A stretch of DNA of 64,000 nucleotides from positions 345,159-409,158 of the forward strand of contig OW818634.1 in the NCBI GenBank assembly GCA_942492765.1, read 5' to 3'. The notes under the pieces are model-generated. The model worked only from the letters and a program-made list of their open reading frames with translations. It had not been told where the DNA came from and ran no database searches. Positions 27,979-36,900 of this stretch are shown in pieces. The stretch's first letter is position 1. Every line of letters begins with the position of its first letter. Origin of the DNA: an uncultured bacterium. GTDB taxonomy: Bacteria > Patescibacteriota > Patescibacteriia > Patescibacteriales > UBA12465. The translations under genes were made by a program, and so were the position numbers.

Positions 27979-29619
27979 TTATTTATTCATCTCCAAGATA
28001 GTGATTCTAGTCTCGAGCTGATCAATTTTCTTTTGCTGTTCCTTGATCGCTTCGATAAGCGGCGCGACTAGATTGCCATATTGGACGGACTTTAGACCAT
28101 CTTCGTTGATAGAGACTAATTCCGGATAAACTTTTTCCACTTCCTGAGCGATCAAACCAACACTCGATTTGCCGTCCTTCTTCCAATCAAAGGAGACTCC
28201 ACGCAATTGCAGAATCTTATTCAATGAGCTATCAAGAGTCCTGATATTCTTCTTCAGGCTGCGATCAGAATTATAGATGAATGATAAAGCTTCAAGGTTG
28301 CCGGTAAAGCGGCCTTTACCATTAAAATAGCCGGCATAGCCAGTAGTCGATTGACCGAAGACGCCATAACCGGCGGTGCTGAGGCCTTGGACTCCAAAAC
28401 CTGCTCCGGATCCGACGACACCAGCAGAATTTGTTCCAAGAGAATTTCCATATAGGCCGACAGCATCGGAATTAGTAGTTCCTCCATATACGGCGGTCCC
28501 CATGCTGGCGGTGCTAGCATAGATAGCGTAACCAGATCCTCCGTCAACAGTCAATTTTCCAAGCGCTGGATTGGTCGTACCGATACCGACATTGCCGGCG
28601 CTATCGATTCGCAGTCTCTCTATGCCATTAGTATACAGGGATGTGATGCCGTGCGTGTAAGTTGCGGCATTCTTAGATATCTGCCCTATCACCAAGCGTC
28701 CAGCGGCGGCGCCTGTCGTACCCGCGGTATATTGGATAGCCAAACTTCGATCCCAACTTAAGGCATCGGCGAGCACGAAAGCCTGCGTGGTCGGCTGTAT
28801 CATCCACAAGCTGCTTGCGCTAGAATAACTCTGGAGGACGGTTCTGGTCTGTCCTGCGGTACCAGCGATATATATAGCTCCTCCGTTTACGTCAACAGAT
28901 CCTCCTACTTCAAGCCTTGATCCCGGACTAGCTATCCCGATGCCGACGTTGCCGCCATTCAGACCGAAGATAGCTCCTCCATTGTCAAGCGCTATCTTTG
29001 AAGTTGGGCCGGTACTACCATTAAACTCTATATAATCAGGGGAGCCTTCGTTGTAATTAATACCCCAGCTAGTTCCAGACACATAGTCGCCCGAGGGAGA
29101 AAATATCTTGCCATCTGGAGCGCCTGTCACCGCCGGAACAATGCCGCTCGGAACTATTATATAACCAGTGGTCTTAATATTGCCAACTACATCCAGTTTT
29201 TGTGCCGGAGAAGCTGTGCTCACTCCGACGTTCGTTCCGTTGTCAAAAACGATGCTATTTCCTTGTGCAGAGGCACTCGTCCATTTGCTAATATAATTAG
29301 TTGTTCCCGAGCCGGTCAGGCCGCCCGTAGCGGCTAAGGTGCAGCTTTCGACCGCTCCGTTTGCAGCTATTCCTAAGGGATAATAACCAGCTGAACAGTT
29401 AGCCGGATTAGCCGCCAAGGCGCTAGCCGTCGCCGCATTGCCATCATAGGTTGTCCAAGTAAGATTGTGGTTCGGGGATCCTAAAAAGATCATTGAAGAC
29501 CCCGTAGGAATAGTAAAATTCTTTCCGCTTTCGAGAGTCGGACCGGCCGCTAACACTCCACCGACGCCGAAAGCGATTACCAGCCCAGCCACCAAAAAAA
29601 TAAAGATTTTTTTTGACAT
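27979..29619 (-). CDS. secreted tail-fibre-like protein with a C-terminal peptidase-S74 intramolecular chaperone domain
   Basis: It has a signal peptide and GNVGIG..SP/NP fibre repeats. The C-terminus SDRSLKKNI...L..L.GVSFDWK.......GLIAQEVEKVYPELV......L.SVQYGNLVAPLIEAIKEQQ..I is the classic S74 autochaperone. Confidence 0.8.
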   Translation of the reverse strand: MSKKIFIFLVAGLVIAFGVGGVLAAGPTLESGKNFTIPTGSSMIFLGSPNHNLTWTTYDGNAATASALAANPANCSAGYYPLGIAANGAVESCTLAATGGLTGSGTTNYISKWTSASAQGNSIVFDNGTNVGVSTASPAQKLDVVGNIKTTGYIIVPSGIVPAVTGAPDGKIFSPSGDYVSGTSWGINYNEGSPDYIEFNGSTGPTSKIALDNGGAIFGLNGGNVGIGIASPGSRLEVGGSVDVNGGAIYIAGTAGQTRTVLQSYSSASSLWMIQPTTQAFVLADALSWDRSLAIQYTAGTTGAAAGRLVIGQISKNAATYTHGITSLYTNGIERLRIDSAGNVGIGTTNPALGKLTVDGGSGYAIYASTASMGTAVYGGTTNSDAVGLYGNSLGTNSAGVVGSGAGFGVQGLSTAGYGVFGQSTTGYAGYFNGKGRFTGNLEALSFIYNSDRSLKKNIRTLDSSLNKILQLRGVSFDWKKDGKSSVGLIAQEVEKVYPELVSINEDGLKSVQYGNLVAPLIEAIKEQQKKIDQLETRITILEMNK

Positions 29620-29663
29620 AAAGCTTATTGCAAATAATAAATTACGAAGTTCTCTTTTCTTAA

Positions 29664-29672
29664 ATTATACCA
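29664..29672 (-). promoter_or_regulatory. extended -10 element (tggtataat)
   Basis: It lies 44 nt upstream of the ATG at 29619 and immediately after the stop of the upstream gene. Confidence 0.45.
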
Positions 29673-29679
29673 CGTTTCA

Positions 29680-31413
29680 TTATTTACGACAATAATAGTT
29701 AACCAGGATATCACTAATGAAAGGGGAATAAAATTTATCGCTAAGCTTAGGCAAGACTACCTTTAAGAGGAAGTAGCGGGTCGCCGGAACGCTAATATCA
29801 ATATCTTGTTGACTCCCCAACTTGATCCATTGCTGGCTATCGGCAGAAAACAGGAGTTCTGCCTTATCGGCGCTAATCTCATCAACTCCCAAAGAACTCT
29901 TAGCAATCTTAACGATAGTGATTAAGGAGGCATAGCCATCATGGGCTACCGGCAAAGAGACCAGCTCCCCGCCGTTCTCATTCTTAAACCCCTTGTCAAT
30001 GAAATTAAACCAATAATCCCGGCTATTTCTCTTCAGTTTCGCCAGCAGCGTGATAGCGTTATTTTCCGCGCGGCTCAACCTAAAAACAGCTGATTCATCG
30101 TATCTCTGAAACAGGCTATCTAGGATCATTTCGCCAACTATTTCCGACCCTCGGTTCTGCCACAATTTTATAAGGACGGGGTGGTACGAAGTCGAGCTAT
30201 AGACATACCAATTTATATTCGATTCAAAGGCTGTAAATAGGACCTCCGGCTTAAAACCGCCGTTCATGACGCGAGAACCAAAGAAACGACTGATATCAGA
30301 AATCTTATCTCCTTGAATATGATAAGCTATGCCCTTATAAGCCCCGTAAATAATTAAAAAATTATTTTCGCCGCCGCCGAAGCCGAGAAGCCCGAAATAA
30401 GGGGATGTCATCGGCTCCAGAGTTAAGATTCTGGAAAAAGCCTGGCCATCGAAATAATAAGCTATGCCCTCATAACCGCTGCCATTCTTGATAGTGAAGC
30501 CGACTAGCCAGCGCCGGGTTAGCGATCCAATAGACACGGCAGCGATATCCAGACCTGATAATTCTCCAGGCAGACTCAATTTATTACCTTCAAAGAACAG
30601 CTCATTTCCTTTCTGTTCTAGGCAGCGATTATCCAGGCAGCGCTTGTCGCCATAAGGGCCATTGAAGTCGTTCAATCTGACATTATTGAGAATTTCTCTA
30701 TTAGCCATGTCGGAGTTATCGCCTATCTCGGAAAAAACATAATCTGGCTGAAAAAAATAAGCGGCCGCCGCTTCATCATAATAAAGCCCGGTCTGCCCGG
30801 AATCGACATATTTATTATTCGAAAAAGTATCGAAATAAGACCCGAAAAGCAAGGAAGCATCAGCGATATTCGGAGCTACTTCGGGCTGGATTGCCACGAT
30901 GTTTACTGGAGATCCGGTCGCGGGAGAAATTATATTCGGCTGGAAAATCTGCGAGACATGATCTGCTGGGACTGTTGCCTCTGGGATGACTTGAGCGGTC
31001 TCGGTCGGAGCAGAACCAGAAGATGCCTCTGGGTCGGCAACCGCGGGCGCGGGCGCCGAAGCTGCAACTGGCTCTTTGACTGGGGCAGAAGCTGAAGTAG
31101 AAGCTGGATTAGAAGCTGGGGCGGGAGGAATAATAGAGGCGGTATGATTGACGACCGCAAAATTAGCATTCCAATCAGACGAAGTAGCGATAGCTACTGC
31201 CGGTTTTTCCTGGCTGCCAGTCCAGATTTCATCTATCTTTACCGCCAACGGATTCTGAAAATCATTGCTGGAATCAGTGGCGGATATGAGGCCGATATTG
31301 ATCAGAAAATAACAAAAAAAGTAAGAAATAAAATAATAAACGATAGCGACGATAACGGCAATAGCCGCGAGCACTATTTTCTTTACGGTAGCGAGAGATA
31401 AGCTAGTATCCAT
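29680..31413 (-). CDS. membrane-anchored hypothetical protein (577 aa) with a P/A/S-rich linker
   Basis: An N-terminal TM segment is followed by a low-complexity APASNPASTSASAPVKEPVAASAPAPAVADPEASSGSAP linker and a ~400-aa globular region of no recognised family. Confidence 0.55.
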   Translation of the reverse strand: MDTSLSLATVKKIVLAAIAVIVAIVYYFISYFFCYFLINIGLISATDSSNDFQNPLAVKIDEIWTGSQEKPAVAIATSSDWNANFAVVNHTASIIPPAPASNPASTSASAPVKEPVAASAPAPAVADPEASSGSAPTETAQVIPEATVPADHVSQIFQPNIISPATGSPVNIVAIQPEVAPNIADASLLFGSYFDTFSNNKYVDSGQTGLYYDEAAAAYFFQPDYVFSEIGDNSDMANREILNNVRLNDFNGPYGDKRCLDNRCLEQKGNELFFEGNKLSLPGELSGLDIAAVSIGSLTRRWLVGFTIKNGSGYEGIAYYFDGQAFSRILTLEPMTSPYFGLLGFGGGENNFLIIYGAYKGIAYHIQGDKISDISRFFGSRVMNGGFKPEVLFTAFESNINWYVYSSTSYHPVLIKLWQNRGSEIVGEMILDSLFQRYDESAVFRLSRAENNAITLLAKLKRNSRDYWFNFIDKGFKNENGGELVSLPVAHDGYASLITIVKIAKSSLGVDEISADKAELLFSADSQQWIKLGSQQDIDISVPATRYFLLKVVLPKLSDKFYSPFISDILVNYYCRK

Positions 31414-31452
31414 AAATAAAATCTAATCTTGATAAGTCAAGGTTATGCCCAA

Positions 31453-31461
31453 ATTATAACA
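31453..31461 (-). promoter_or_regulatory. extended -10 element (tgttataat)
   Basis: It lies 39 nt upstream of the ATG at 31413. Confidence 0.45.
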
Positions 31462-31485
31462 TAAAAAAATCATAAATAATACCAA

Positions 31486-31514
31486 AAAACATCGACCCGA
31501 AAGCCGATGTTTTT
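31486..31514 (-). terminator. intrinsic terminator after the cupredoxin gene
   Basis: The stem aaaacatcg/cgatgtttt is followed by a T run on the minus strand. Confidence 0.5.
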
Positions 31515-31529
31515 AAGTAAACGATGCGA

Positions 31530-32165
31530 TTATTTGACGATCATAGTGCCGACCTCGCCGCGAGAACGATGATTGCCGACATTACAGAAGAAAGTATAGC
31601 TTCCGGCTTTGTCCGGGGCATTAAAAGAAATGACTCTTGTTTCCTTAGCATAGACTCCGATGCCGATAGCGGACAGGGACGGATCCTCAAAAACTAAAGC
31701 ATGAGCAAAATCAACACCAGTAATAGAGACGGAAACGGCCTGACCTGGCTTGACGGTAAAAGAATTCGGGCTAAAACCAGCAGCGCTGACTTCTAGCTTA
31801 ATGACGCTAGGGGCTAAAGCTTCTTTCTTGACCGGTCCGCTCTCTGACGGAGCCAAAGGAGAGGTCTGGGCGACGTTATTAACAGTCTGTTTGCCGTCTA
31901 AAGTCACGACCTTGTCGTCTTTAGTGATAGCGCTTGCTCCAGGGGCGGCAATCGTCGCATCCTTTAAAACTTCATTAACGACTGGAGCCGGAGCCTCTGC
32001 GCTCGGTGTCGTTTCGTCAGGAGTTCCGGTCATATCTGCCGGTTGATTAGTCTGTGGCTCCTGAGTGCCGGTTTTCTTGCCCTGGAGAGCAGCGACCACG
32101 ATAATCAAAACTATCACCACGATCACTCCCAGGAGAATCAGCATCTTTTTAGATTTGTTTTCCAT
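31530..32165 (-). CDS. membrane-anchored cupredoxin-fold protein
   Basis: The C-terminal F.V.PG..V...I.......H......YTFFC..GNH...G..GT.IV pattern resembles cupredoxin_1/EfeO-type copper sites. Confidence 0.55.
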   Translation of the reverse strand: MENKSKKMLILLGVIVVIVLIIVVAALQGKKTGTQEPQTNQPADMTGTPDETTPSAEAPAPVVNEVLKDATIAAPGASAITKDDKVVTLDGKQTVNNVAQTSPLAPSESGPVKKEALAPSVIKLEVSAAGFSPNSFTVKPGQAVSVSITGVDFAHALVFEDPSLSAIGIGVYAKETRVISFNAPDKAGSYTFFCNVGNHRSRGEVGTMIVK

Positions 32166-32193
32166 ATTTTTTAAATTATGTTAATTGCTATAT

Positions 32194-32202
32194 ATTATAG
32201 CA
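32194..32202 (-). promoter_or_regulatory. extended -10 element (tgctataat)
   Basis: It lies 28 nt upstream of the ATG at 32165 and 3 nt after the stop of the 576-aa fibre gene. Confidence 0.45.
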
Positions 32203-32205
32203 TAA

Positions 32206-33936
32206 TTAATATTCTATCTCCAAGCCGCGAGTCGTCTGATCATTAGATAACGTCGGCCAATCGCGCCAATCAAACCGTTTGGCGGTCAGGCGATAAGATA
32301 TCTCTACGGCCTTATCAGAGCGGAAAATCAGCTTATTGCCGTCAACGAGATAATAGACCTGAGCAGATCTCCCATAAGGAGTGACGGCCACATCAACCGA
32401 GTCCTTATCGTAATCGACGACTTGGTGCCAGAGCCAGAGATCGCTTCCCTCTTTTACGGCAGCAAAATCGATAGTAGCTTCATATTCTTTCGTGGCAATC
32501 AACTTATAGATTCCAATCTTGCCAGTATATTCTTCCTTGACTCCGCCAGCGATAGAGGGAGCAAAAGTAGAGTAATTAATACCCTTGATTGTATAGAGCG
32601 GATCAATAGTCGTGGCGGTTATCTTATTGACCGTTAAGCTGTTAAGATTAGTAATATTATTGTTACCCATATTAATCGCTCCGGCCATAGTTCCACCAGT
32701 GAGAGGCAGGTAGCCGGTAGACATGGCGGCATCGACATAGCCTTTCGTGGCAGCATCACCATCGGCTGTCGGCAGAGCGACATTACCGATCTTATAATTT
32801 CCCGCCAAAATCGCATAACCGGTCGCCGGAACAATAGATAATTTTGCCAGCGGAGTGGTCGTGCCGATGCCGACGTTGCCGCCGGGGTTCATTATTATAT
32901 TGGTAGTAGAAGCTGTCCCAAGAGTTATTGCTCCGCTATTGGTATAGATTGTCATAGCCGCCGTATGGTAGAGAGTCGCGGTCCTTAGGTAGCCGGAAGC
33001 ATATAAATAAGGAAAGGACATATAACCATCTGCTCGGATATACATGGTAGAAGCGGCATACAATAAGAAATCGGTGCCGCCACTTAAGCCGGATGATGTA
33101 AAATCAATCCCATAAAAATCCCCCGTGCCAAAGCCATTTATCTTCAAGCCGTGGCCGGCACCAGCATAAATATTCAATTTAGCTCTTGGAGTAGTTGTGC
33201 CGATACCGACATTACCGCTATTCAGACTCCAGATATCAGTCTCGGCCGTTCCGCCCCAAAGAGAAGCGAAGGAACTTGTTGCCAAAGATATCACTGAATC
33301 GACATATCCTTTAGTCGTCACATCGCCATCGGCTGTCGGCAAGCCGACATTACCGATCTTGAAATTACCCGCCAGAATCGAATAGCCGGAAGTCGGGACA
33401 ATCTCTAGTTTTGCCATCGGAGTAGTCGTGCCGATGCCGACGTTGCCAGTACTCGGAATGGTTAAGACCGGAGTCGCGGTTTGGAATATATAATTCGAGA
33501 CGCCGACCGAGTCACTGCCCAATTTTAGGGTTGCACCGACGCAGACTCCTCCAGATAATTCATAGCCTTGAGCGCAGGCTGAGCAGACTTCAGTACATTG
33601 ATTAAAGGTCGTGCAATTGCTCGGCACGGCAACATTCAGCTTGCAGGTGCCGGTACAATTAGTATAGCCGGTGTCGCAAGATAAGACGCAGGCGTTGATA
33701 TTACAGCTGAAGGCATAGGTTCCGCCCGTCGGGTTGACCGGGCAAGCCGTCGTCGATTCGACCGCGCAAGTATTGGTGTTATTAGTGCACCAAGACTTCC
33801 CTTCCGCCCAATTACAGAAAGTTCCGGCCTTCATTGTGTTAGTTTCGCAGCCGCGTGTCGAGGTATCGGCGCTGGCCGTTGCCGCCGACAATAGGCCGAA
33901 GAGCAGTAGGAGCGAGAATAGGAATCTATTTTTCAT
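32206..33936 (-). CDS. secreted fibre protein, 576 aa: Cys-rich N-domain, two tail-fibre modules, unique Cys-free C-terminal domain
   Basis: It has a signal peptide and about 22 Cys in residues 30-135. Two copies of GNVGIGTTTP.AKL.IVP..GY.ILAGN.KIGNV.LPTADGD..TKGYVD are present. Confidence 0.75.
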   Translation of the reverse strand: MKNRFLFSLLLLFGLLSAATASADTSTRGCETNTMKAGTFCNWAEGKSWCTNNTNTCAVESTTACPVNPTGGTYAFSCNINACVLSCDTGYTNCTGTCKLNVAVPSNCTTFNQCTEVCSACAQGYELSGGVCVGATLKLGSDSVGVSNYIFQTATPVLTIPSTGNVGIGTTTPMAKLEIVPTSGYSILAGNFKIGNVGLPTADGDVTTKGYVDSVISLATSSFASLWGGTAETDIWSLNSGNVGIGTTTPRAKLNIYAGAGHGLKINGFGTGDFYGIDFTSSGLSGGTDFLLYAASTMYIRADGYMSFPYLYASGYLRTATLYHTAAMTIYTNSGAITLGTASTTNIIMNPGGNVGIGTTTPLAKLSIVPATGYAILAGNYKIGNVALPTADGDAATKGYVDAAMSTGYLPLTGGTMAGAINMGNNNITNLNSLTVNKITATTIDPLYTIKGINYSTFAPSIAGGVKEEYTGKIGIYKLIATKEYEATIDFAAVKEGSDLWLWHQVVDYDKDSVDVAVTPYGRSAQVYYLVDGNKLIFRSDKAVEISYRLTAKRFDWRDWPTLSNDQTTRGLEIEY

Positions 33937-33945
33937 ATTTTTCTT

Positions 33946-33954
33946 ATTATAACA
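33946..33954 (-). promoter_or_regulatory. extended -10 element (tgttataat) 9 nt from the ATG
   Basis: It directly abuts the stop codon of the 1306-aa gene, implying a near-leaderless transcript for the 576-aa gene. Confidence 0.45.
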
Positions 33955-36900
33955 TTATTGACAGCAAGCAAAACTACGCGCCACGTTACAGGCATTGAGC
34001 GATCCGAAGCCGTCTCCGGAAGCTAATTTTATCCAGACGGTTCCATAATCGCTGCCGACAGCGCTAGTCCAGCCCATACAATCGTTCGCGTTCGCGGTAT
34101 AAGCTGGCGGACCGTTGGAAACCCAAAAGGTCGAACCGGCTGGGATGGCTGCGCCGCCGCCAGTATTGATAGTGTTGAAGATTTCTCCGGTCGTACAGAC
34201 ATGCGTGCCGGCTACGGTCGCGGCACAGAGAGCGTTCGCTCCAGAATAACCGGTTTGAGAGCCGCTGTAAGTAGCCGGAGTCGAAGTAGAATAGGAAGCG
34301 ACGCCGCCGACAGAAGCCAGCGCAGAATTAACCCAGCCCAAGGTCACAACGTCAGAATCGGCCGTTGGCGAAGCGACGTTGCCGATCTTATAATTTCCGG
34401 CCAAGATCGAATAACCACTTGCAGGAACGACTTCTAATCTAGCGAGCGGGGTCGTTGTGCCGATGCCGACGTTGCCGGCGCTAGTTATTCTCATTTGTTC
34501 CGTTGCTAACGTATCCGTCGTTACATTTCTAGTTCCAAAAACTAAATCTCCCAACGTTTTATTAGTAACACTGGTTTCTAAAAATCCTATATAGGCAGGG
34601 GAATACACGGCCGAAGCGCCAACATAACCGAAGCCTATTGCCCGATAGCCTAACCCCCATTCGGAGCCGCCTAAATGCAAATATTCGCCGGCCAGATTAA
34701 CAGAGGTCGGCGGGGTTCCGGCGCCAACAGAACTTAATAACCCGACCTGTAAATGAGCACCAGGATTTGTGATGCCAATCCCGACGTTGCCATTTTGGAG
34801 TATGTTTAGACCGGCGGTATTCTGGCCATTCATATTGCCGACGCTCAAATAGGCACTCGCCGCAATAGCATTATAATTCCAGACCATTCCTCCAAAATTA
34901 CTATTACTTTGACCAAATAGAAACCTTGAGGAATTACTTGTGCTACCAACCACTAAATCTAAAGTTGCGGGAGAATAATTAAAAGCATTTCCAATATATA
35001 CGGCGCCACTGGCCATGGTCACTTTTAATTTATAATTTGGATTGGTTTCCCCAATTCCCACGTTGCCGGCATTTAATACAACATTGCCTGTTCCCTCAAC
35101 GTGAAATTTCGCTACCGGAGTGGTCGTACCGATACCGACGTTACCGCTATTCAGACTCCAGATATCTCCGCTCGTAGTTCCGCCCCAGAGAGAGGAGATG
35201 CTGCTAGTTGCCGAGGCGACAGTCGAATCGACATAGCCTTTAGTAGCGGCATCGCTATCGGCTGTGGGCAAAGCGACATTACCGATCTTGAAATTACCCG
35301 CCAGAATTGAATAGCCGGAGGCCGGAATGACTTCTAATTTAGCAAGCGGGGTCGTTGTGCCGATGCCGACGTTGCCATCAGAAGCTATCTTCATTCTGTC
35401 TGTATTATTTGTTCTAAATAGTATCCCCATAGGAGTCCCTGTTCTCGATTGATTCAAAATAATATCTTGATAGCCTCCTACTGTCCATCCTGAGTATGCG
35501 ACATAATTTGCCAAACCAGTTCCAAAATATATTTTAGCATTAATGTCATCAAATAATATATTTCCGCTCCCTAATTCTAATTTTTGTGTTGGCGCCGTCA
35601 TTCCAATACCAACGTTGCCTTTCAGAATGGTTTTAGTGATGCTATCATTACCCAAAACCACAGAATTGACTCCTACACCAATAGCATTATAGCCAATAAC
35701 GATACTATTACTATCGGAATTATCATAACCTCTCGTATTGCTGCCGATATAAACAGAATTTTCAGCATCCGTCAGCGCCGTTGCGCCATCAGCTTGATAA
35801 CGGCCAGCAGACAAACCAATAGCGGTATTATATCCGCCGGTAGTATTTCCGGCTAAAGCTGTATGGCCGATAGCCATATTATTGTTGCCAGAAGTATTGG
35901 CTAATAAAGCAGCATATCCGATAGCCGTGTTCTGACCGCCGCCGATATTGGCAAGCAGCGAATCCCTTCCCAGGGCGGTATTATTACCTCCTGTGGTATT
36001 AGCTTTCAAAGCCTGATAACCGACAGCTAGATTGCCGCTGCTGGTATTAGCAGTCAGAGCCCAATAGCCAATGGCGGTATTATAAACACCGGAAACATTG
36101 GCCTGTAAAGCATAATAACCGATAGCCATATTTCTATTGCCCAGGTCTAGATTATCATTGAGACCGGCATTATAGCCGATGAACATATTATTCCCCAGGC
36201 CCTGCTGAGAAATACGACCAAATACTTCCAGTTTAGCGCCTGGACTTACCGTCCCGATGCCCACGTTCCCGCTATTTAGATTCCAAACATTCCCTGCTGT
36301 TGTTCCGCCCCACAAGGCAATACTGCTAGTAGCCGAGGCAATCGTCGAATCGACATAGCCTTTCGTGGCCGCATCGGCGTCAGCGGTCGGCAGAGCGACA
36401 TTACCGATTTTATAATTCCCTGCCAGGATAGAGTAACCGGAAGCTGGAACGACTTCAAGGCGAGCGAGCGGGGTCGTTGTGCCGATGCCGACGTTGCCCA
36501 GGCTAGTAATTCTCATCGCCTCAGAATTATTAGAAGAACTTATGGCGATTGATGCCCCTGTATGCTGAGAGCTCAGCGTTAATAGACTGGCATTATTATT
36601 CCAATACATAGCGGCGCCGAAACCGTCAGTCGGGCTGCCAAAAACTATTCCGGAATTAAGAGCGTCTGGCGCATACACGCCAAGATAATTAGTGCCACTG
36701 CTTTCAATCCAGGTTACCGGAACCGTTCCTGGATTTATTAATCCTGGAGTTCCATTACTGATATGGAGTTTCGCCAAAGGGGTCGTCGTGCCAATACCAA
36801 CGTTTCCGGCGGTATCGATTCTCATTCTCTCAAGCTCTACGCCAGTTCTGAAAGAAATATAATTAGTAGTAACGCCATTTTGATCTATAGTCATTATATC

